Below are positions 8,429-20,000 of a DNA stretch of 20,000 nucleotides, in pieces. Both the position numbers and the translations under genes were made by a program. The stretch's first letter is position 1, and the number at the start of each line of letters is the position of its first letter. The stretch spans positions 51,858 through 71,857 of the forward strand of contig CAJVPI010000041.1 in the NCBI GenBank assembly GCA_910592345.1, given 5' to 3'. The notes below the pieces were generated by a model, which did not search any database, was not told the DNA's origin, and saw only the letters and a program-made list of their open reading frames with translations. This DNA is from Paraglomus brasilianum. Taxonomy: Eukaryota.

Positions 8429-11100
8429 TTGTAGAAATATACGTGTATTTTATGAAAACTAACATCCGCAGTTAGTTACGAACAATTCATGTGAGATCGG
8501 CCGCAAATATTCCATGAAGCTTAAACTATGATGAAAATAATGAATGGCATTCTGTTTGCAAAGGTATCACTGCATTCAATTGACCCATTATTCAATAAAA
8601 CGGAATTTATGCTATGCTTATCTAGTCACATGGAAACAAGTAACGCACATGTGATTGAAGAATCTTTCTGTGTGAATGTATTGCGCAACCAGAAAAATAT
8701 GCCGATTTTTGTATGCGTGCCATTGTTTACTAGGCCACAGATCGAATTTTTTCTAACCAAAAAATTACAATAATGTAGATGATGGTAATCTGAAACGAAA
8801 CGCTACAAACAATAGTCAATTAAATCATTTATATTTATAATAATAACAGGTCATATAATAAAATGGTTACAATTCAGGATATACATGACACTAAATGCAG
8901 TGAATATTGATGGTCTACACTAGTGAAACCCACCGGTGAACGAATTTGGGTTCGTTTAATGTTACCAGTAAATTGATACGATTTCCAAATGGTATCTACA
9001 GAATTACATTGGTCATACAATACCAAATTTGGTTTATAAATGTAGTTAGTAGATTAAACGTGCGCTATGTAGTTCGATCATACAAATAAATCTATTGATA
9101 TTATTATTATCATCGTCCCATCCGGAAAGGATGAGCTAAGCATTACAGACTTTATGTCAAGAACTTAATTTTTTATATTGTGCTTCTTTCTCCCGAACAT
9201 ACTGTAAATCTAATTCTCAGATCCGGGCTTTACCCATTCACCGGAAATTGCGTTTTCTTGCCGTTATATGGTTTGTAATGCTAAGACGTGGTTGAAGAGC
9301 GGAAGAAAAAAATTAAGGACCGGAATATATACGTCGGTCAAATAACAGAATTAATCGCGTGTATTATATAATTATTGTGTAAAGAAAAGACTTATTTATT
9401 ATGCCCCACCCACTTGCTCTACTCGAAGACATCTTCCCAAGACGAAGCAGGTTATCCTTTCCTAACCCTTAATCGCTTTTGGTATGCGTGTTTGGCACCC
9501 CCAACTTAACAAAAATTATGCCAAGCCCCAGAATTTAGATTTGCATTCATGAATATACTAATACAGTTTCTGATTCTCGATCAATGTAAGGAATTCTCTA
9601 CTACGATCCTTAACCAATAGAAGGAAATGACATTCTTGTGTCCCAACAACGCCAAGTTTGTCAACCATGCTTTTAGACGTGCATATGGCCATTGTCAATT
9701 TGTGTACCTCACTCATACCATGCATTCGTTATTTTATTAATTTCAAAATTGTAAATTTATATTATATAATTACACGTTTTATGTCATACAATCTTATCAT
9801 TCATTAGTCTTCTTTACACATTCCTTTACCAGTCAATCCTCCACCTTTCTAATAAGCCTTTCGGACGCTTTACCGTTTTGCGTACGTCTCCACTCCTCCC
9901 ATTGACACCATCAACCCACTTCCACAATTCTTTTTTATCGTCCGTTAGCTCTTCTCGATCTTTATCCTCGAGTGTGATCACCACCTTTCTTAACTTTTCC
10001 AAACGTCCCTCTATCAACGGACGCACCATGTCTGTTGTTATGCCAGAGCAGTCGATTAATTCTATGCTCTCTAGATTCTCGCATGCACTTATAGCCTGCC
10101 ACGAGCAACATTGATCGAAATTGACACTGTGGAAATGAAGGTGGCGTAAAGATGTTTTTCGGGTGCCGACGGCCGAAATTACGGCAGTGAGGGCATGGCG
10201 AATGGATTGACCTGTCCATTTAATGTCTCTAAGTTCGAAAGATTGGAGATTCGTTTGGGATAGTATGAGGTTTGATATTACGTTTTCTTCAGGATATGTG
10301 GTAGACGTGGTTATCGAATATGAAAATTGAGTAAGCGTTTTGGGTCTCAGCAGTGGGCCTCCTCCCACGCGTATAGATTCCTGTAATATATAAAAAAATT
10401 TGATTTTTGAGTGTGCCCGTTCGGTATACAATGAAATTCACGCCTTCTCTTTTAAAAAATTCATAACATGACATTACCAGCATTCTACAATGTTCAGCCA
10501 AGTATTCCAACAGATGCTTTTGTCGTTCGTATCCTATATCTCCTCCTATGTCGATTGTTCTGAGTCTTTTCATCATTTGGGTTATGCCATCGGCCTTGAG
10601 CATCTCATTATCTTGTGGTTTCCAAAAATTGTTTCTACAGACAATGAACCTAAACCCATTCACTTTTGGTGTGTTGTTTGAAATGAGCTGTAATATTGCA
10701 TTGAGCATATTATGAAAGCATTTCCTTGACATTGTTTTACATAACGCTTCCATGGTTCGAAATAATTTGTCGTAATCCAAAAATCTTAAGAAGGAGGGGT
10801 AGTTAAATAATGGAAGGGGAGCGTCTACAAAGGGTATCTCAGGTTCCTGGAATTGTAACTGTTGTTTCTGGTGGTTGTCTAGACACGAGTAGTATACTTG
10901 CAACACTTTTGCGCGCGAGTATGGATTATTTATTAGCGGTTGACGCCAGAGCAGAGGAACAGTACTCCGGCACCACAGTCGATTGACTAGCAGACATGAA
11001 TATAGATATTTGTATACGCGTGGGGAGTAGTGGTAGTCGTGACAGTTCGGATCTAGTATGATTAGGTAGGAGAGGATTTCTTGGATTATTTCGGGTGCCA
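8429..11100. repeat. Tandem segmental duplication, copy 1
   Basis: Homologous to 12138-14883. Homology is clear from 8455/12163 (CCGCAGTTAGTTACGAACAATTC) and ends abruptly after TTTCGGGTGCCA at 11100/14883. Confidence 0.95.
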
Positions 11101-11368
11101 AATCGCCCTCATTTACAAATGGATGGTCACTGTCGACAAGTGACTCTTGAGTGGTTTCGGCAGTCTCTTGGATTACTGGTTGATCATGTCTATCATACAG
11201 GTCGTATAATGAAGATACAGAGATTGAAGTTATCGAAGTAGCTATTGTAGAAACTGAGGTGGTCGAGTCTTGACGCCGCAATACTATTTCAGAGTCGATA
11301 TCAGATGCAGAGCCATCCTGTATTTTCTGCGTCACTTTCTCAAAGTTTTGCTTCACTTGTTTTTCCAT
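9826..11368 (-). CDS. F-box + RNI/LRR-like protein, copy 1 (long acidic Ser/Thr-rich N-terminus)
   Basis: F-box-like LAPEIIQEILSYL...LYSCLLVNRLWCRSTVPLLWRQP, a PLFNYPSFLRFLD motif and LRR-like segments (NLQSFEL, SLRHLHF, NLESIEL). A phase-0 intron at 10381-10477 (GTAATG...TTACAG) joins the two ORF-track pieces. The first in-frame ATG is 11368 (481 aa); the ORF-track start at 11413 is TTG. A possible extra exon 11506-11474 spliced to 11389 would give 499 aa. Confidence 0.88.
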
Positions 11369-12137
11369 TTCCTCCTGGGAGAGCGTAAACTGAATTCCAT
11401 GGTCAACATGCAAGCAATTGATGTGTCAATGAGAATGCTAAAAGTCGCACAAATTGATTGATGATCGGTATACAGCCAAGTTAACAAGCCCAGGACCGCT
11501 CTCCATATGTTGGATTCTTTCCTTGCTAATTGTCTAGTCTCCTCTCCGGGTGACGGTTGCCCATACGAGTCAACTTTCTAATTTTTGAAAATCTTTTTGC
11601 ATGCCCTGAATTACGATATTTTGTTTTCTATTATCTTCCATAACTGATCATTCTGTGACCGTAGGAACTTACGTTCAGTGACGGCTTGATGCTTCACCGC
11701 TAGTAACATCGATAGGCTCGTCGCGAACTATCCGTATGCGACGTTATAGACGGTTTGTTGAGTGTAAGGCATTTACATATACACAGATACACAGTGAACC
11801 TGGATATAATGTGATAGCTGGCAGCAAAGAATTTGAATGTTGATAATTCTGTTATAATCACTCTTTCTAATTTAAGAAAAAAAAACTCTCAAACAAGTGT
11901 AGAATTAGCACGACAAACTACTCTTGAGGATTCAATGTGTAGTACTAGTCAGTTTACAATTATATCGAGTAATACAGATGGCACGTGATTGACCTGTTTA
12001 TAATGCAGTAATGAAGCTACATAAGACTTCCTTATAAAAACGGTAGTATTTACATTCTGGTCAGTCGTAGATATGAGGGCAATGATGGCGAATACAAACA
12101 TTAAATTGTGGAGGAAGCACCTACTAGATTAGATAAT

Positions 12138-14883
12138 TTGTAGGAATATGCTTTATGACCAAAAAACCAACTTCCGCAGTTAGTTACGAACAATTCGTGT
12201 GGGAGCGTTTGCCGGTCGTCTGCTTTGGTTTCCATCCGCAAACATTCCATCAAGCTTAGACTATGATGAAAATAATGAATGGCATTCTGTTTGCAAAGGT
12301 GTCACTGCATTCAATTGACCCATTATTCAATAAAACGGCATTTATGCTATGCTTATCTAGTCACATGGAACCAGAAAAATATGCTGATTTTTGTATGCGT
12401 GCCATTGTTTACTAGACCACAGGTCGAATTTTTTCTAACCAAAAAATTACAATAATGTACATGATGGTAATCTGAAACGAAACGCTACATACAATAGTCA
12501 ATTAAATTATTTATAATAAAATGGTTACAATTCAGGATATACATGACACTAAATGCAGTGAGTTTTCGAGTCTTCATTTAGGCGCACCTAAATGCAGTGG
12601 ATACACTAAGGAACTCACCGGTGAACGAATTTGGGTTCGTTTAATGTTACCAGTAAATTGATACGATTTCCAAATGGTAGTTCATTTAGGCAATCTGCAG
12701 AATTACATTGGTGTTAACTATGAAAATCATATACCTGCCTGAACATTGTTATGAAACTTGGTTTACAAATGCAGTTAGTAGATTAAACGTGCGCCAGATA
12801 TGTAGTTCGATCGTATTGATATTATTATTATCATCGTCCCATCCGGAAAGGATGAGCTAAGCATTACAGACTTTATGGTGTATTCGTCAAGAACTTAATT
12901 TTTATACCCGTTCACCAGAAATTGCGTTTTCTTGCCGTTATATGGTTTGTAATGCTAAGACGTGGTTGAAGAGCGGAAGAAAACAATCAAGGACCGGAAT
13001 ATACACATACGTACAACAACGGAATTAATCGCGTGTATATATTATTGTGGTAAGAAAAGACTTATTATGCCCCATCCACTTGTTCTACCAGAATTACTTG
13101 AAAACATATTCCCAAGATGAAGCAGGTTATCCTTCCCTAACCCTTTTGGTATGCATGTTCGGCACCCCCAAATTATAACGCAAAGTCGCAATTACAAAAA
13201 TTATGCCAAGCCCCCAGAATTTAGATTTTGTGTTCATGTCTGATTCTCGATCAATGTAAGGAATTCTCCTACGATCCTTAACCAATAGAAGGAAATGACA
13301 TTCTTGTGTCCCAACAACGCTTGACACAAGGTAATCCCGAGTTTGTCAACCACGCTTTTAGACGTGCATATGGCCATTGTCAATTTGTACCTCATACCCT
13401 GCATTCGTTATTTTTTAACATTTTTATTAATTTCAAAATTGTAAATTTATATTATATAATTACACGTTTTATATCATACAATCTTATCATATATCATACA
13501 TTCTTTAGTCTTCGTTACACATTCCTTGACTTTGCATTCATATACATATTAAAGCCCTATTCAGTAAGCACTTACATTACATCACTGATTCCCCTTCTCT
13601 TTTTCTCCCCCTATACGGTCAAGCCTCCATCTTAATAAGCCTTTCGAACGCTTTACCGTTTTGCGTACGTCTCCACTTCTCCCATTGACACCATCAACCC
13701 ACTTCCACAATTCTTTTTTATCGTCCGTTAGCTCTTCTCGATCTTTATCCTCGGGTGTGATCACCACCTTTTTTAATTTTTCCAAACGTCCCTCTATCAA
13801 CGGACGCACCATGTCTGTTGTTATGCCAGAGCAGTCGATTAATTCTATGCTCTCTAGATTCTCGCATGCACTTATAGCCTGCCACGAGCAACATTGATCG
13901 AAATTGACACTGTGGAAATGAAGGTGGCGTAAAGATGTTTTTCGGGTGCCGACGGCCGAAATTACGGCAGTGAGGGCATGGCGAATGGATTGACCTGTCC
14001 ATTTAATGTCTCTAAGTTCGAAAGATTGGAGATTCGTTTGGGATAGTATGAGGTTTGATATTACGTTTTCTTCAGGATATGTGGTAGACGTGGTTATCGA
14101 ATATGAAAATTGAGTAAGCGTTTTGGGTCTCAGCAGTGGGCCTCCTCCCACGCGTATAGATTCCTGTAATATATAAAAAAATTTGATTTTTGAGTGTGCC
14201 CGTTCGGTATACAATGAAATTCACGCCTTCTCTTTTAAAAAATTCATAACATGACATTACCAGCATTCTACAATGTTCAGCCAAGTATTCCAACAGATGC
14301 TTTTGTCGTTCGTATCCTATATCTCCTCCTATGTCGATTGTTCTGAGTCTTTTCATCATTTGGGTTATGCCATCGGCCTTGAGCATCTCATTATCTTGTG
14401 GTTTCCAAAAATTGTTTCTACAGACAATGAACCTAAACCCATTCACTTTTGGTGTGTTGTTTGAAATGAGCTGTAATATTGCATTGAGCATATTATGAAA
14501 GCATTTCCTTGACATTGTTTTACATAACGCTTCCATGGTTCGAAATAATTTGTCGTAATCCAAAAATCTTAAGAAGGAGGGGTAGTTAAATAATGGAAGG
14601 GGAGCGTCTACAAAGGGTATCTCAGGTTCCTGGAATTGTAACTGTTGTTTCTGGTGGTTGTCTAGACACGAGTAGTATACTTGCAACACTTTTGCGCGCG
14701 AGTATGGATTATTTATTAGCGGTTGACGCCAGAGCAGAGGAACAGTACTCCGGCACCACAGTCGATTGACTAGCAGACATGAATATAGATCTTTGTATAC
14801 GCGTGGGGAGTAGTGGTAGTCGTGACAGTTCGGATCTAGTATGATTAGGTAGGAGAGAATTTCTTGGATTATTTCGGGTGCCA
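12138..14883. repeat. Tandem segmental duplication, copy 2
   Basis: Direct repeat of 8429-11100, with a constant offset of 3783 across the gene body and many indels in the 3' flank. Confidence 0.95.
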
Positions 14884-15064
14884 GTGGAGGAGCTTGGCAT
14901 CTGAAATTGCAAAGAAAAGCGAATGATGAGTGTCAGGCAAACGAAGGATCAATTGACAAAGCAATCGACAATCAACCGACAAAGCAATCGCGACCAATCA
15001 ATTGATAAAACATTAAAGCCTACTTTGCTTGTCTTCGTAATAACAGGTCAAGCGTGCGGCCCAT
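13582..15064 (-). CDS. F-box + RNI/LRR-like protein, copy 2 (short N-terminus, ~420 aa)
   Basis: Model 15064-15024, 14900-14261, 14163-13582 (1263 nt, in frame). Intron 1 is GTAGGC...TTTCAG, phase 2, with a CTGAC branch-like site, giving MGRTLDLLLRRQAKCQAPPLAPEIIQEILSYL. Intron 2 is identical to that of copy 1. Confidence 0.87.
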
Positions 15065-16079
15065 TCCGTTCAAAGTGCGATTCGTGCTGATGTTATGTTT
15101 TGTTCGTATTCCTTTGAGCGTAACTATGATATCGGGTTTGCAGGTATTTCTTAATTGCTTTTTCAAAAAAATTTGACAGCTTTAAGCAGGTTCCAAACAA
15201 CGTTTTTTGGTTTTTTTTTCTGATCAGATATTACTCTAATTTATATACAATTCCCAGGAATGTGCAGATCTCTTATTCTCATACAAGTTTTTTGACGTAT
15301 TTGGAATATCACAAGGCGATAAATAAATTCCCGTAATACAAACAATGCTTAGGTTGATCCTTTTGAACAAAAACGAGGAAGGGGAAATCCGGAATGAAGA
15401 AGTTTAAAATGGAACGAGTTTAACAATGAAGAAATCGATGACACACAATGTTCGAAGACAATGAATGAATTACAAAGGTTGGGATTTACAATTATGATGA
15501 AACTGTAGGGCAAGTGACTAGTTGAATAGGGGAAATAATCCGAACCGATGATTACATACGCAATTATATTGCTACTATCTTAAATCGTATATTTGAAAAG
15601 CAGGATATTCCAAAATGCGTCCATTCTCAAACCGTGTAAATTTATGTGAATTGGAATCCGCTGGCGACCGAATAAAGCTCTCCTTTTTTTTCTTCTCGGC
15701 ATCTGCAGTCTCCTGTGATGCAAATACATCATGCATACATTCTCACATGTGGTTATTGTGCAAGTGCGTATAGAGCCAATTGAGATTAAGGCTAGTTTAA
15801 AGAATCACACGAACATATATATCAATAGGCTAAACCCTGTTATTGTGTCTTGTATTACGCTGTTGTATAAAGAATAAAAAGTTAAGTTATTTATAGCACT
15901 GTTTAATTCCTCCTCCTCTAATTTCCTATTAGTCTGTATTCATGCATTCATCCCGTTACCTAGCATCCATTTCGATTGAGCAGATTAACAACCATCAAAA
16001 CCCCTTTTCCCTGATACTCGACGGTTATCAAATTCGTGATCTCACCCCCTTTTTTCCGTCTAGTAACGATAGTAACGGC

Positions 16080-16100
16080 AATAATAATAATAATAATAAT
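16080..16100 (+). repeat. (AAT)7 microsatellite
   Basis: Seven perfect AAT units, preceded by degenerate AGTAACG units. Confidence 0.9.
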
Positions 16101-19100
16101 CAACCACCAAATTTCTTTTACCGGAAATTCCATTTTTTAGCAGAAAGCAAAAAAGGGGGCAATGATGATGTTGTGTTCCCATCATGTGTTGTTATGTGGG
16201 CGTGACCACGTTATGACGAAGGAAAGAGGAGAGGGAGTTGACGAAAAATTTAGCGAGTTTCCCCTAACACGTCATTAGACAGGGAGAGAACGTAAGGGAG
16301 AGACGAACTAAACTTTGAGTGTCTGCTGCATATGAATCCGAACAGCGATCGATCTAATTGACGCTGTCACAACTGATACACATCTGATCGACATCAATGA
16401 AGTAATTCGTGTTACCAATATGTGAGTATATGCTGACAACGTAGCCAATTTGTCGATTACTTTTCTCCGTACTCAGTTTCCGCATACGTCATAATTATTT
16501 TTTACCCCTTTTGTAACACTGTACAAAATTCATATATGTCAGCAGCTCTAACATTGGGTAAAACAACATGTGAATAGTTAATAACATACAATATGTCTTG
16601 ATTGGAAGGGTTTAACGGTTAATGTGTTACGAAACTGATGTAAATAATGGTCGATATTGCAATTATCACTATATATGGAATCAACTTCCGGGAAGCAATC
16701 TTTGTAATGGTTTTATCCGGGACTACTTTTGACGTGTGGTGAGCATGTTGATCACTGTTTATCAATACACGCCTCATGCCTCTATCATTTTCTCGGCCCT
16801 CCCCTCGAACGTAGTAGCAAGTTTACGCCAAGATCCTGCGGTTTCAATTGGTAATATGCATTAGTATGTACGTACATCGTGAGATGCCGACCACTTATAT
16901 TAAAATTACGAAGCAGCCATAGAAAAAATTTCCCAATAAGTCATCTATTCAAAGAAAAAAAAGGCATTTATTGTATGTAATAGTTCGGCAAACATGTAAA
17001 TAATTTTATTCCTCTGACGAAAATACAGCAAAAGAGTTGGCTACGAGAATACAACTCTTTGTATTTGGTTGGATTAGCTAAGCCTGGTGTCTCGTTGAGT
17101 TCCGGTGGTTGTCATTACCGTCCATTCGACACTCCATGGTTTCATATTCAAAAGTTTACTATACTTCAATCTAACCATAAGTAAAGGATCCAATTTCTGT
17201 CAAGCAAGCGTTACAATAAGAGAATGAAATTCATTAATAGCTTGACGTCCTCAACTTTCTAGAATTGAAGATCCACAATGAAGGCTGTTTACTCCTTTAA
17301 ACCAAGTTTTGTTTTTTAAGTTGTAGATCTAGGCACTTAAAAGATTAGAGTCAGTATAAATTAGACGACCTGACTTTCATTCGGACTCTTGATATGATGT
17401 ACATCACGTTTAATGACGCGTCGTTTAATATAGCCTTACTTTATCCGCCGTAAGAAAGCACAAGCTTTTACTCCAACAATCTCATAGAGGCTCGTATTCT
17501 TTATAAACACTAAAAAAGAGAATAGAACAATTACATTAGATGTACATCCCTGATAAACATTGATGGTGGAACAATTCAAAATGAGCGTACTCCAATTGAA
17601 TCAATCGTTACAATAAGGAAATCGAATAAAGTAATGCAGATATGTGCGACTTGATGATTGTTCAGCTGAGTGACAGGTAACAATTGAGGGGAAAAAATGA
17701 ACTAGCCAAACTCTATTAATCCATATATTAATTCCGAAAGGTATACAGATCAAAAATAGATTTCTGTTCTTTATTTCATTGGTTGTTTTCAAGCACATTC
17801 CAAAAATGCGGCATGCCATAGAAATTTTATCTCCATTTGGTGATTGCATTTTCCATCTTGCGTATTACCTCACAAAGGCTTTTAAATATCATTGTTATGA
17901 AACCCTCGATTTGCGTGTCATCCGATTCTTCGCATATACAATATACACATATTACGTATCTTATCCGAAAAAGTAAAAGCGAAAATATTATCGGCGAATC
18001 ATCATCTCACACAAGGGTTATTTACCCACGTGATAATTCTTCAGTATGACCAAATAGAGATTTTATGTACGCGATACTAATACTAATAAATGACATTATT
18101 TAACGATGTCACAATACTGCCACAGTTTCCTTTGTTTTCCTGTCATTTTGCTTTGTTCCATTATAATTGATTATCCAAGATTTATATAGACTAAACCATA
18201 CATGTGCCTGTCAAAATATAAAACATAGCACAACATTTTTGGTTACGAGATATTAATGGCCTTTTTAAGTCACTGACATAAGCTGTCAATAAATGTCTAT
18301 ACCTTTTGAAGCATTTTACTGAGGGGGTATCCACCGTTTATCTCAGTATAAAATTTCAATTACATAAATAAATTCGGCAGCCTTGACATACTTGAACTCT
18401 CTCAATTTATTGAATTGATTTTTGCAATGCCTACACTTTATCCAAAAATCTTTATCAAAATGCTGTAATCTCTAAGCTTGTTAACTAAGAGCAAACAAGA
18501 CTAGATTAGAAGAAAGTCTTAACGAAAAAATTTGTAATTGCAAAAGAAAGCGGATGCGTATTCTATACGGCACACGAAAGAAGTACCATTTATTTCCTGC
18601 ACAATATAACTGGTTAAAAAGTATACATACAATACTTGTGATTTAGCGAACAAGTATTTAAATTACTCATCGCCCAATTAACAAAGTTTCGGTTTCGATT
18701 GGATCTCACTCTCTTCTGAATTGTCTCAACAATAAATCTATGGTAATCGCTTTATTATTTTTTGAGCAAAAATAATAGTTCTGGGATATCAGACGTCAAT
18801 CTATAACCTTGAACATCTTTTTACAATAAAGTCGATGAAATTCAAAAGGAACAAAGCTACTTGTGATAAGAATAAAATAACGCAAGTACACATGTTTCTT
18901 CAGTCTATATACGCAGGTCGAAATTACTGTATAAATAATATTGTAATAAACATGGACGCTGACAACTACCATTACCTCTACCTCGGAAAGTATTCGAGAT
19001 GTTGTCTGTAGAACGAAATGTTGTCCGTTATTACGCAGTAACAGTCGTGTGGAAAACAGCATATATTACACAATCCAAAAGCAGCTCATTAATTAGAAAG

Positions 19101-19225
19101 TGTAGATAACATCGCGTAGCAAGAGCAGAGTATACAAGACAACTATACGCACTGGCAAAATCAAGTATATAAGCTGTGCGAATTTCCGTTTAGCTAAATG
19201 TGTTTAATTACTTTCAATTCTTTAG

Positions 19226-19677
19226 TCATATATCTTTATCAACAAAACGAGTAGCTCTTACACATTTCATATTTATTTCCCTGGTATTATCCGATACGTG
19301 TATAACACTGTCTTTCTCTAAGCGACGTTCATACCGTTGTGTATACGATACTACATTTGCGGTACATAGAATTCCATAAAGCGTTGATTGAAGCTTTGGT
19401 TTCCTGCATAGTGATTTCAAGTTTCCGCTTATTCTGATGTATCAAGGTCGTGAATTCCATAATGTCTCTCCCATTTCAGATGACTTATCTGGTATGAACA
19501 TAAATGAATCAGTTGTACAACTATCAATATCAGTGTGCCCTATTTTTAGTATCGTTTTTATGAGAAATGGACCAGCACAGCCTGCTGGCGGAACTGCTGA
19601 CTTATTAAACATAATAAGCATTGCTGATAACCATCTCAGCAAATTGTTCTTTCTCTCTTCATCCGCTATACTCGAAA
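19226..19677 (-). pseudogene. Unidentified ~150-codon reading frame with one internal TGA, truncated by a Tc1 insertion
   Basis: ORF-track entries 19442-19642 and 19226-19420 share a frame and are separated by only one stop (TGA, 19442-19444). The frame stays open up to the TA at 19678-19679, where the Tc1 element begins. No family was recognised. Confidence 0.5.
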
Positions 19678-19679
19678 TA

Positions 19680-20000
19680 CACTACCTGGACAAAAGTATC
19701 GGTCACCCTAACTTTATTAATTGCTCAAAAGTGTACATAATAATTGGGATTAAAATTTTTATATGTTATAGTATAACTTGTTATGAAACGCGCATATATT
19801 TTTACGCATTGTTTATATTTATTTCTTCTGTAAGCAATATAATAAACTGAATCAGTTAATTTTTAATCTTTACTTTGAAAATGTTCGACTTAACTGAAGC
19901 TGAACGTGGCCAAATTATTGGGCTTTTAAAAGTGGCGCTACAAAAACGAGCATATCTAAGACGCTTGGCTTTCCTAGAACAACAGTAACACGAACAATTC
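19680..20000 (+). mobile_element. Tc1-like transposon left end with frameshifted transposase N-terminus (continues beyond window)
   Basis: TA followed by CACTACCTGGACAAAAGTATCGGTCACCC, a Tc1-like TIR. ATG at 19881 gives MFDLTEAERGQIIGL, then a 1-bp deletion at ~19925, then KSGATKTSISKTLGFPRTTVTRTI, a typical Tc1/Tc3 first HTH. Confidence 0.88.

Noticed and set aside
8528..8773. 81-aa ORF in the duplicated flank
   Set aside because: The paralogous copy (~12263) has a large deletion through it and no domain is recognisable. It is likely non-coding.
9878..14464. Duplicated small ORFs (78, 85 and 63 aa) overlapping the F-box genes
   Set aside because: They are antisense or alternate-frame shadows, conserved only because the DNA is near-identical.
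14709..14912. Copy 2 as a frameshifted pseudogene (ATG at 14900 is out of frame with the F-box)
   Set aside because: A phase-2 intron at 14901-15023 joins an upstream ATG exon in frame, giving an intact model.
15942..16205. 87-aa poly-Asn ORF
   Set aside because: It is explained by the AAT microsatellite and has no other coding features.
19437..19850. 137-aa plus-strand ORF
   Set aside because: It crosses the Tc1 insertion boundary, combining antisense of the coding relic with TIR and AT-rich sequence.

Overview
Eukaryotic, AT-rich, intron-rich fungal DNA. The gene families present (F-box/LRR-like, Sel1, Crinkler-like, Tc1 and pogo debris) suggest an early-diverging, Glomeromycotina-like fungus; this is an inference. 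The left end holds the 5' ~555 codons of TAF5 (minus strand, 10 introns resolved, gene runs off the window). A Tc1 transposase remnant sits just upstream of it. From ~4.2 to 8.1 kb is a graveyard of pseudogene fragments and nested Tc1/pogo elements, ending in a long foldback inverted repeat. The most notable structure is a tandem pair of F-box genes at offset 3783. Their cores, including an intron, are identical over ~1 kb, their 3' flanks are clearly diverged, and their N-termini are unrelated, with the switch point exactly at the first F-box residue. This suggests gene conversion plus N-terminal swapping, or an assembly/polishing artefact. The right end has an unidentified reading frame cut by a Tc1-like element that continues out of the window. 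All gene models and alignments were made by eye.
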